Assembly: GCA_951406725.2 (NCBI GenBank)
Contig: OX597816.1
Span: 81,654,001 to 81,718,000 of the forward strand
Source: Octopus vulgaris
Lineage: Eukaryota
DNA length: 64,000 nt
Reading direction: 5' to 3'
The notes below the pieces were generated by a model. The model was not told the DNA's origin, ran no database searches, and saw only the letters and a list, made by a program, of their open reading frames with translations. This document shows, piece by piece, positions 39,043 to 50,830 of the stretch. Position 1 is the first letter of the stretch; every line of letters begins with the position of its first letter. Position numbers and translations under genes: made by a program.

Positions 39043-42000
39043 GTAAGATATTTTGAAATGGTTATTCATTCTACATACTAATGCCATGTAAACAGTCAGT
39101 TGAGTGACTTTATATAATTCAGGTATTCAGCAGTAAATGTTGAGGAAGGAGAATTGAATGCTTAACTAATGACTTGACTGGGTAATAAAACTGCATTGCA
39201 GACTATTCTGTTTACCATTGGAGTGTAAGAAGACTTCCTCCTTCTTTTTCAGCTATGTACCCAAACAAAAATATTGCTAAGAATTATTATCATTGATATA
39301 TTTTATACTCACACACTTTTTCATTCACTTTTACCTTGTTGTTTTAATCCATGTGTAAACCTTATATCTTGTATCATTTGTAGTGACTAAATATTTTAGA
39401 ATTCCACAGTCAAGCATTTCAATTCTAATTTGCATTACTAAAGTTAATCGTGCTCTCCCCACCCAACTAGTTTTCTAACGGTAGATTTTACCAGTCAGAA
39501 TAGAATTTAATTTAGAATAGTTTTATTGATTGGGCTGTTAATATCCTCTCCTGAAATGCCAGTAATATTGTCTCAGAATTATTTGCTATAACTATTATTA
39601 TGAAATATGTAAGAACCCAGAAACTGATATCCAAATGTGAAAATACAATGAATAATGAACTAATTAATCTTATTTACCACCATAGGGAAATAGTAAAATG
39701 TGGCTTTCATAAAGGTTCTGTAATCAGTGTAGAAATATAAATAGCTTGACTAATCGCAGTTCCCTTATTTAACTGAAGGCTCTTATATCTGATATAAAAT
39801 GATCTATCATATCAGTTTAAACTTGTCAATCTATAATTTTATGATATCTCATATACTTTAGGTAAAAGAACCAGCCTAACATAATTGAAATGTTTGTATG
39901 TCTGTGTGCATGTGTGTAAGTGAGCGGGAGAGAGAGAAAGAGAAATGATTGACTATAATTTTAAGCTTTGTAAATTACTTGGCAAAAGTGTTTATATTTA
40001 AAAATCTTTTTTCATATTTATTTTCCTATATTTTAAATCAAATATTTCAAAGCTAGATGCTATTTATGAGAACAAAGTTTGTTATAAAGTTCATGAATTA
40101 CATTTTTTATTGGAAGGTAGATAAATGCAAGTTGAGCAATATGCCCTTCACTCAGTGCACAAATGCATCCGCTGTTTCCCTAGATGAACTAAGAACCAGT
40201 TACCTTTAATCTTCTGTTATGTTCAGCAAGAGACTTTTTATTTGATGTCATAGTATTTCACTACATTTGAAATATTGGCAAACTTTCAAGCATACTTGGT
40301 TATTAGAAGTCACATTCTATATGTTGCTCAGTCATTCTTAACAACCACTTTACTGTTATTTACATGTCATCTGGAAGCTATCTTCAGATGCTTATAAAAC
40401 TTGCACACAGATTTCTTGGGAGAATAGATTATCTATCCTTTATTTAGAAGTTCACATATCAGTAGAATGCTGGATAAGATGTTTTACAATATTTTTTTTA
40501 TACACGATGTTGCTATCATCCTTTCAGCCTGTTAAAACTATTTGTAATAATCTTGTATTGATTCAATAAACTATAGATCCTGTTCTTTCCAAAAGAAATT
40601 TAGGGTAATATAAATCTACTCATCTGGTTACAATGTTGTAGTTTCTGTACAAAATGTCTAATTATCTCCCTTATACTGTTTCTTTAAATACAGTAAAGTG
40701 CTAGGGAAAATAACTGTTGATGATTTGATAAAAACATTATATAAACGTTATTAGAGACAATTTTTTGCTCAGTATTTTTCGAAAGCTGCGGTCTATTGTT
40801 ATATATTTTAATTGGGAATACGCAACCCCTCAAGCCACAGAAACAGGCACACACATACACACATGAATACGATCCTTTCCCTTTACAGATATAAAAGTTC
40901 TTCTACATTGACAACTAAATATAGCAAGGCATTTTGTATGCCGCTCACCATGTTTATAACCCAATACCTCACACATTTTCATGGACAAAGACATGATTTT
41001 ATCCATCCGAGTATGTTTTTTTCAAGTGATGTTTTTAAGGTTGGTTGTCCTATACATGTCAGCTATATGGTCTATTAAAATCCAATAGCTGTCATTGTAG
41101 AAAAGAATTAGAGCCTCTGTTCTGTTTTAAAAGGGAATTATTCTATCTTGATTCTGAAATTTTATAAAATAAAACATTAAATTTTATTTTTTACACTGTC
41201 ATAGGTTTGGTGTAATAACTCAACTGCATCAGTTCACACTCACACACAACTTTCAGATATACTAACTGAAGTGTCATATCTCAATGTTATGCTGTTAGAT
41301 GGTCTGCGGTTACATAAACTCATGTATTTGGATAATTTATAAGCTCTTTTCATGGAAACCTATTTTGAACCACTGAAGATATTTGTTGTGTTCTGGTTAT
41401 TTATTTATGTTGTTTTTTAATGTTATAGATAGAAATGTTTTTGAAATTTTTATTTATCAACCAGTAATAACATTATAGAACATTAATTTTACTAAGCAAT
41501 GTGTCATCTTGAAATTTCTTATAATCTTTGAAAAATAACTAGAAAACAGTATAAATGTAATTGTCAGATTGTACTAATTGATGAAGTCTGATAATACCAA
41601 AACATGTCTGGAATTATCACTGTACTGCCTATAATCATACTCATTCCATACTGCATTCCATTTTGAATTACTTCAAATACGAGGATTATTTCTTTCTCTT
41701 GACATGAATTAGTTATTGGGGTAATTTTTCTCTCTTTCTAGTATAATTTTAATACATTAAAATTTCACTTGCTTTAGAAAATATTAATTTATCTATTTGG
41801 CAAATAATTTGTAATGTTCAGTGTACAAAAAAATTTTTAATACTTGAGCTTAAAATGGATGTGTATGTTTTAAGAGCAGCTTCTTAAACTTTGCAGTATC
41901 ATGCAGTTTTGTTTTTGTTTCTTTTTTGTTTTTTCATTCTAAAAACTTCCTATGTCAAGCACCTATTTTATTCTTTACGTATTCTTTAAATATTTTCATC

Positions 42001-44051
42001 TTAATTTTTGGTCTTGACCGTGACTGCACTGATCTCATGTTTTTCATATATCTCTCATTTGGTATGACCTAGTCTCCATAGTGGTCCTTCTCTTTTGAAT
42101 GATCATATTGATAATATGCATGAATGTGATATCTTTTCAGTCACATCCAATTCATACGTATAAAAAAAAAAAGGTCCACATACACACACTCTTTTACTGA
42201 AGTTAAGGTATGTGTATATGTGTGTGATTGAATACTTTGGCATGACCATAACCTGACGGCTGGAATCAGTAACAGAATGCATATTTTCATCATCAGTAGT
42301 TTAGTGTTTTTCTAATGCTGACATGAACTGGATACAATACAGCATTTCACCATTGAAATTGATCATTTGTGATTTCATCTGTGAACCCTAGATCTTCATC
42401 AGAGGTTACTCTATTTAAAACGTTTGTTCTTAATATGTATTTCTATTTCATGCTGCGTACACTGATCAATCACATCACATCTCTCAGTGACTTCTACATT
42501 TTCTTTTCCACTATGATAAGTGCAAGTGGACCAGTATCATTTTGGACATCTTTTTCTTCTATGACAACACACTACCTTGCAATAAGGTCTTTCATCTTCA
42601 TAACATTAACAGACTTGCTATTTTCAACTTTTTTCAGGATATATATATATATAATTGATATCTTCCTACCTAGTTTCTTGGTATTTCTCTTTCATATCTC
42701 ATTTCCACAGCTTCTTGGTGTATTGTTTAGCCCTTATAGTCCTATCTACTGTATTACTGTTTTATTATGACACCTATTACATGGGAGTATTGCTTCATAC
42801 AGAGAACAGTAGGTTATCACTTTAAAATGCTTACCAAAATGATGTTATCTCACACAGTTTTGGAAATTTTGCCTAACAGAAACATCTTACACCTCTCATT
42901 CTTTTATTCATCATTTGTTACCATATCATCCTCATTTTGAACCTAAATACTCTTACCACTGAGTTATATTAAGGGACATGTGCATCACCAAAGAGCTATA
43001 TAGATATCACAGCTACCTATCCTTGTTGCCTAATTGGTTCTCATATTCACAAATGATACCAACTTGCTGGCTTAAGTACTTATGCTTTATCATTGGCCTG
43101 TACAGTCTGTCCCTGAGTGTAATTTTCAGTTACTTAATGCACCTATATGTAAATACATGGAGATTGCTAGTGTATGTAGGGAAGCTTCTGTACATTGATA
43201 AGTGTTTAGTTGCCTTACATTGTTGAAATGAAATACTTTCATGAACAAAACCTGCAATGGACTCAATAGGGCATAAATATCAACTGTTTAACATTATGAA
43301 AGCTAGAATAAGTTTCGTTATATCTCATCTGTTACACAGATGTTAAGAAATACTTTGAATATACAAGAACATATTGTGAAAACCCTTCTTCAAATCACAC
43401 AAAATTCAACAGTGTAAATGTTCATATATGTGTAAATTGATGTCCTCATTTCTTTAGATATTATGAGGAAACAAATGAATTTGTTCTAAATGTCAAATTA
43501 AGGTAGGTATGGGCCAATAGAATTAGTTCACTAGAAATTTTTCAATGGTGTTGGATCCACATATATAGGCACAAAAAGATTCTGTGTGGATATGTATACT
43601 CATATACACCCACTTTTTTTCAAACTAATTAGATAACATTCAGAAAAAGCCATGAAATCAAACCCTAAATATTTTCTCATTTATCCCATTCTGTAAATTT
43701 CTCTTATTCTGTCGTTCCTTTTTAGACATCCTATTTGTCATTCAAATAACTTAGTGTAACTTTCATATTTATATGTGCGTTTTCTTTAATATTAATATTT
43801 CCTAAAAACATCTGTTATGATAGCTTATGTCAGTTATTTACGATTGAACAGGTTTTTGTAGTTCGTTATATTCATAAAATACATGTGTAAAGCAACATAA
43901 ATTCTCAATACATACTAAAGTAATACTGAAATTTAAATGTGGGTTATTTATTTATTTATGTTTTTCTGTGAAATGGTTTCGTTCTTGTTCTAACCTGAAA
44001 GAACTTAACTATTAAATTGTTTCAGTTTCTTTTTCCTTGTGTCAAACTTAG

Positions 44052-44081
44052 TTGAGTTCAACGGGGAAATCTGGATATCCT
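44052..44081 (+). CDS. Candidate 30-nt symmetric microexon (phase 1: xEFNGEIWISx; phase 0 alternative LSSTGKSGYP)
   Basis: ctaac branch-like motif near 43990, tttctttttccttgtgtcaaacttag acceptor, CCT|GTAAGT donor, length divisible by 3, GC-richer than flanks. Confidence 0.5.
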
Positions 44082-44979
44082 GTAAGTTCACGTAGTACAA
44101 TAAATGTGTTTTGCATTGAGCATACTGATAGCAAACCAGATTAGTTCCCTGACTTCACTTAACTATTACTTTGAAATTCATAAAATACATACTATTTAAT
44201 ATTAAATCAACTTTATTGTCTCTGCTTTATTTTTTAAAAAAATCATCTATAGATATTGTAATTAACATACAATACACATTAATATTTTATTAATTACTGT
44301 TATCTATATATTGCAACCATATTTTTATCTAGTTTTGAAAATCATGAAAATGACAGGTTATTTAATAGATACTGAACTTGAATTCACTACCTCCTACTTC
44401 CTCCACCACTCCCTCGTCCAATAAAATGTTGATTTGTGGGATAAAGTCTACTTCTCTATTAGAAACAGAAGTTAAGTTTCTGTAGGAGTTCTCAATAGTA
44501 CAGCGAGTGAATATACTTGTTTTACATAAGTATGTCTAAACGATTTGAGTCATTAAGGTATGTTGTTAAAAAAAGTTATTTTGTTTTCTTGCATATTTTC
44601 ATGTCAAAACTAGTCTGATTGACACCATTCGTGTGTCACACATGCAAACAGCTGAATAGTATATTACAATATCTAGCTGATAGGTAGTGTCGAAAAGTTT
44701 TACAAAAAGCAAGTTTTTAATCAATTCACCCTATTTAAAATAATATGTTAGTCTATCATGTGACAGCCTTCTTGTATAACTCATGTAGATTTAGTTACTA
44801 TTCATTAACAATATCTGAACTTTATATTGAATCTTTAAGGGATTCAAACTTGTCAAGTAACAGGAATATCTTATTTCATTAACACTCTTCTCAGTTGTCT
44901 TTCAGTTGCTTATTTTTTCAAATTTCCTTGTAGTAATAATTCCTGATAGATATAATAGAACTAATAATAATAATAATAA

Positions 44980-45185
44980 TTGTTTCTAACATTGGCACAT
45001 AGCAACAAATTTGTGGGAGGGGCATGTCGATTAAATCAACCCAAGTACTTGACCAATATCTTATTTTATCAACCCTTGAAGGATGAAAGGTAAATTTGAT
45101 CTCAGCAGGATTTGAACTCAAAATGTAAAGTACTGAAAAAAATAGTGTAAGGTGTTTTGGCCAAAGTTCTATCAATTTTGCCATA
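44980..45185 (-). mobile_element. tRNA-derived SINE (reverse orientation)
   Basis: aaggatgaaaggtaaatttgatctcagcaggatttgaactca; same family as 18683-18876. Confidence 0.75.
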
Positions 45186-46909
45186 TTGTTGTAGTTATTA
45201 TTTTTATAATATAAGCTTTTTAGCTACTTCCATATGTTAATAACAATAGAAATATGTCTCGTCATCAACATCATCAAGATTTAATACCCTTGTTCCATGC
45301 AGACATGGATGGTTTTACTGGGTTTGATGAGTCCAAGGACCTCATCATACTCCACTGTCTATTTTGACATGGTTTCTAAAACTGATGCCTTTCCTAACAC
45401 CAGCCACAATAGTGAGGAGATGTCTCTGTGAACCCTCAAAGTACAAAATAAGTAGAAATGAATGGGAACAGAAGAACTGAAAGTGGGGAATTTGAGTGAG
45501 GCAACAGATATTGTAATGATTGAAACACAAGTGCTGAGTGGATGTTTTGAAAATCATATGAAAATGACAGGCTATTTAATAGAGGTAGATTAGTGGGTTT
45601 TGACCAATGCTGAAGGGATAAAGAGTAGCAGAATAATGATAATGATGATGCAGTAGACAAGAGAAAGGTGAGAGAGACAAATGATTAGTGGTTGGATAGT
45701 TTGCCAGTCTGGTGGAGAAACAGGTATTGTGGATAGGTAAAATGAGAGATATATGATGGTGCTGAAGGTTTGAGAATTGGAGGCTTTTCAGTTTAAAGAA
45801 GAAAGCTTATTTATTATGACTTTGAAATACAGATACTGTGTGTATGTATTCATACACCTCCCTTTCATGGATGTCCTGCCGATTCCATTTCAGTGCAGCT
45901 GTCACTGGCTTTTGAGTTGGCACCCAGCTCTCACCTGTGATGCCACAAACTATCTGTTTACAGCAATGGGGAATGGTATTGGCAGGCAGGAAAATAGCTA
46001 ATAAGTCTTAAGCTATCACTATACTGAGGAAACCCAACTATATGTGATCAGATTTTAATGGACAAAAAAGAAATGTCCAACATAGGTGTGGGACATGTAT
46101 CTCAGAGTACAGTGAGAAATGTAGATTGCCCTGGTATAACCTTCAGTTATCTTGGTCTGCTTTACCATTAGTCCAAGAAGTTAGGGACGAGTGAGGTTAG
46201 TCATCCAGTGCAGCCTTGCCTCTCTATAATCTAAATTCAGAGTCTATAAATTTAAATTCAAGTTGTGATTCAAAATTGCTGGGATCATAAACAGGCAGTG
46301 GAACTTATTATAATGCTTGGGACATGATACATGTCAATGACAATGAAATCCTGTCACAATCCTCTGGTCACCCTTGCAGCTATCTTCTCAGTTGCTGATG
46401 CTCTTTAAGAAATGCTGACACCGTCTAAGAGGTGAGGTTTTGGTCATCTTCGAAAATGGATAAACAGAATATCTGTGTGCGCATGTATTAACACATGTTG
46501 GAAATAGCGGAAGTTAATTGATTCATAATTTAATTTATGAGGCTCTTTCTTGTAAACATTGAACTTTAGTATGTTACCATCATTGTGTGAAACTAAGACA
46601 TTGTACAGAATACGTAGGTATTCTTTAGAATGCTTAAAACTTTCAGGCAAGGTATATAAAAAAAAATCATTTCATAGGCAATCTGGAGATTATCAAGTTT
46701 CTTTTTGGCAGTATGTGAAATCACTAAAATTTTTTTCACTGATTGTCAAGATGCCAAATATAATCTTCAACCACAATCAATCAAAATGAAGAAAATACTT
46801 AGCAATATGGTCCTCCCAGCTGAGCTGCTGAGCATGTTACCACAGTTCAGATTTCCATTCATGTGGACAGTTACAAATGATGTAGAGATACTAGCAATAT
46901 TTTGGCTGG

Positions 46910-47688
46910 CATAGGCACAGTTGTGTGGTAAGAAGTTTGTTTCCTAACCCCATGGTTTTGGGTTCAATCCCACTGCATAGCACTTTGGGCAAATGTCTTC
47001 TACTAAAGCCCTGAGCTGACTAAAGCTTTATCAGTGGATTCAGTAAAGAAGCATGTCAGGAGTGGCTGTATGGTAAGTAGCTTGCTTACCAACCACATGG
47101 TTCTGGGTTCAGTCCCACTGCGTGGCACCTTGGGCAAGTGTCTTCTACTATAGCTTTGGGCCAACCAAAGCTTTGTGAGTGGATTTGGAAACTGAAGCCT
47201 GTCATATATATACATACGTGTGTGTGTGTCTGTGTTTGTCCCCCTCAACATTGCTTGACAACTGATGGTGGTGTGTCTGCATTCCCATAACTTAGCAGTT
47301 CGGCAAAAGAGACTGATAGAATAAGTACCAGGCTTACAAAGAATAAGTCCTGGGGTTGATTTATTCAACTAAAGGCAGTGATCCAGCTTGGCTGCAGTCA
47401 AATAACTGAAACAAATAAAAGAATATATGTGTGTCTGTCTTTTACTGTCTCCTTCCTTGTCTTGACATCATGTGTGATAATTATAAATGAGAGCCACTGT
47501 AATATAAACAGTGTCCTTTGTTTCCACTCTTCCGTGAAAACCTGTCTGGTTATGGTGAAATATTACCTTCCCTGGAAGCATGAGGGTTGATGATGGGAAG
47601 GGCATCTGGCTGTAGAAAATTTGCCTCAACAAAGTTCCACCTAACTGTGCGAGTAAGGAAAAGTGAATATTAAATTGATGATGATGAC
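46910..47688 (+). mobile_element. Nested SINE cluster: truncated head (about 46910-47050), near-complete SINE (47057-47423), RTE-type tail module (about 47455-47688)
   Basis: A/B-box-like tggctgtatggtaag...ggttcagtccc, CORE-like ccttgggcaagtgtcttctact, two different tails in series. Confidence 0.8.
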
Positions 47689-48276
47689 AATCTTGGGCAT
47701 TTAGAATGGTTTGTATCAGTTACAATGTTGAAACAGCCTTAAGCCAGACAAACTACAGTTTTCATTAGGATATATTCTGATGGATAAACAAATCTCGTTC
47801 GGGTTAGCTATAGCACAACAATCTATAGAAGCTAGGCAAGGATTTAAGTGTATGTGTATGACGTAACTCAAAATGTCATTGAAATCCAAACTGCTACAAT
47901 AAAAAGAAGACTTAAATGGGGCAGTGTTCAACAAAATATTTTATTTAGTTTACATTTCAGTAATAGTTTACTTATAAAATTTTTTCATATCACATTCACT
48001 GATTTCAGTTTGTTAATATTTTCAATCTTTGTTGTCTTATTATATTATATTTTGCCTAAAAATACTTCACATTTTATAGAATATCTTGGCAGTTTGATAA
48101 ATTTCTGTGATAAAAGTAGTATATAAGGTCGTATTGAAATATAATTTCATACTTGCCAAAAAATGTTGGATATTCTTTAGAACTACTTAGGCATTCTATA
48201 CAATACATTAGTCCCACACAATAGGCTATTCACCTATATAGCAGTTTAACCTCTCATGTTTATAGTAAATAACTCC

Positions 48277-48590
48277 TGGCTGTGTGGTTAAGAAGCTCAC
48301 TTAGCAACCATGTGGTTTCAGGCTCAGTCTCACTACACAGCACCTTGGGCAAGTGTCTTCTACTATAGCCCTTGGCTGACCAAAGCCTTGTGAGTGAATT
48401 TAGTAAACAAACTATGCAGAAGCCCATCATGTGTGTGTGTTTGTCCTTATTATTTAGTGGTTCAACAAAAGAGAACTAGAGAATAAATATCAGACTTTAA
48501 AAAGATAAGTATTGGGGTCATTTTCTTCAATTAAACTCTTCAAGGCAGTACCCCAGCATAGTCACGGTTCAGTGACTGAAACAAATAAAA
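48277..48590 (+). mobile_element. tRNA/CORE-like SINE
   Basis: tggctgtgtggttaagaagc...ccttgggcaagtgtcttctactatagcc...gactgaaacaaataaaa. Confidence 0.8.
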
Positions 48591-50559
48591 GGAAACTCTG
48601 TGTGTGTGTGTGTCTGATTTATTATGGATATTGACTAGTTAAGAAAACATGCAATATTCTAACTGCTCTGAAGTTGATGCAACTTAACAAAGACAAACTG
48701 TGATCATTGGTGTTGAGTGTTAGATTCACATGTTCTCTGTATAAGTTATAACAAAATTTTGTTTTAGATCAATGTTAGAAATGCTTTACTGTATAGAATT
48801 AATTCGTTATGCTTTTGGTGTGTTTTCATAAACATTTCTATGACAAAAGGAATGGAATAGTATAATCTACACTGACTATTAGAAGTTTGATAATTATTCA
48901 ATCTGTCATTTTTTGAAAAAGAAAAAACAAATGTGTAAATCATTAGGCTTAATTAAAGTGATAATACCATCACTACAAATCTGTGGCCTTGTACCAGTGT
49001 AAGAAATCATTATCACATTTAAGTTATGACTGCATTAGTATCCCGTCTTCAACCTGCACTTGATTTCATCCACATGTGATAATGCATAGCTTTTTTTATG
49101 TCATGAGTACATGCTAGAAAGCTAAAACAGAGATGTTAGAGGATTAGATGTTTAAACAATAAACAGCTCTTGACATACATGTGAGTGAGTGGGTGTGTGT
49201 GGAGGGCATTATATCTTAGGTAATTTCAGTTGTATTTGTTTTGTGTGATCTTTTTCCAATTTCTTTTATTCCACATTTATCATGTTGTCTTTTGTCACAG
49301 CTTTAAACATCTTAGCTATTTATCAGGCACTTTTGTGATTTTTATACCTTAGGTTAGATCAACCAGAATGTGTTATGTTCAATGCATACATGTTCAATTC
49401 AAATATAAGCACGTGCGCACACACACACACACACACTAAATGCATAACCTGTAAATATGTACTGCTTTCATCACAAATAAACAGGTAAATGTTTTAGAAA
49501 ATGACATCATCAAATGTTCTGATTAGGTTAAAAAAAAAGACAATAAAATAAAAAGAATCAACATCTCTACAGCAGTAATAACATCCACAAGTCTAAGCAT
49601 AGGGGAATTGAAAACAGCAGCTGGTTTTCAAAGTTAGGCCAGTGTTGTAATGAAATCATTGATCTGTTGCTGCTGGTTCGTAGCTAGTCAATCTCTCTTT
49701 GCAGGAGCTACTTGATAAGCAGTTGTAGTAGCAGCATAATTATTACCAGTCAGGCTAGAACTACTGTTACACCTCCATATATAAGTAGTAAAACAGAAAC
49801 AATGACAAGATAATATTGGTCATCATGGTTTGTTTCTGAAGTACTGAGAACAAACAAAAACACCCAGCATAGCTGTTAGTTTGATTTTTTTTTTTTCCTT
49901 CTTTGCTGCTCTCCCTGTTGCTATTGACTAAACTGATTCCGTAGTCACAGCTATCTCAGAAACTACTCTGCCCCCTCTTGCTTTCCTTCTCTTCTGCTAA
50001 GGAGGAAGATCATATTAGTGAAACAAGAAAACAGCTAACTAGATATTTTGTTTATTGAAACAAATTGCTATCATTCTTGTTTCTTGAAAAATAAAAAAAT
50101 AAAGAGGCTGGACTTTATTGCCTTATTTCTTTGTTAAGAATATATTTAAATAGTCAAATGTTCTGTATATTTATTTATGCATAGCATAAATTAGCATTGA
50201 ATAACTTAAAAAGAATATATAGAGATTTGGTCTTCCCATTTACTGTACTTAGTACTCTGTATTGAATTTACTGCTGTAATTTGTCTTTTTTCTGGCATTT
50301 ACTCTTAGAATCTGCACAAATTCTGTATCTTTATACATATTCAACACTATCTATCATGTATGAGCATTAATCTGAGGTTTATTAGTTACATAGTTGAATA
50401 CTTAGCATAAAGATTACTAGGATACATATTTATGTACACCAGTCTGGTTACAATAGTGAACAAAATATCTGTGTGACAGCTGTTGTTTAGATTGTTTATC
50501 TTTCCATTCATTTGGAATTAACTAACATCAGTGTATCAAGAAATTGTGTAAGTCTTCAC

Positions 50560-50830
50560 ATGGCTGCTACAAAGCCATCCCGACTGTTTTTATCTGGAGA
50601 CCATCCTGGAAAGTACCAGCCTTTCTACTTCAGCAATGGAGATACTGCCAATGAGGATATGTACCAGCCAAATGCTGCTTCTTCAGCCACCTATATGAAG
50701 TTTCTGCATTTAGTTGATACTCAGTTGTCAGATGATGAACCAAGTTCTTCACCACCACCACCAGCAACAATGCAACAACAACCACCACAACCTCCATCTT
50801 CGTTGTCTCTTGACAATAAGCAAACAGATG
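50560..50830 (+). CDS. Likely first coding exon of one isoform of an unidentified gene (MAATKPSRLFLSGDHPGKYQPFYF...PPPPATMQQQPPQPP...DNKQTD + 1 nt)
   Basis: 90 open codons with protein-like composition and higher GC than the flanks; ATGG start; ATG|GTAAGC donor (phase 1) followed by an abrupt return to T-rich sequence; no repeat similarity seen. Confidence 0.75.

Noticed and set aside
42369-42770. 133-aa hydrophobic ORF
   Set aside because: Phe/Leu/Ile richness follows from T-rich composition; no splice support, possibly antisense to an old repeat
47057-47130. tRNA gene
   Set aside because: A/B-box-like SINE head that continues into a repeat body; no complete cloverleaf evident
49774-49785. 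CArG box
   Set aside because: ccatatataag does not match CC(A/T)6GG
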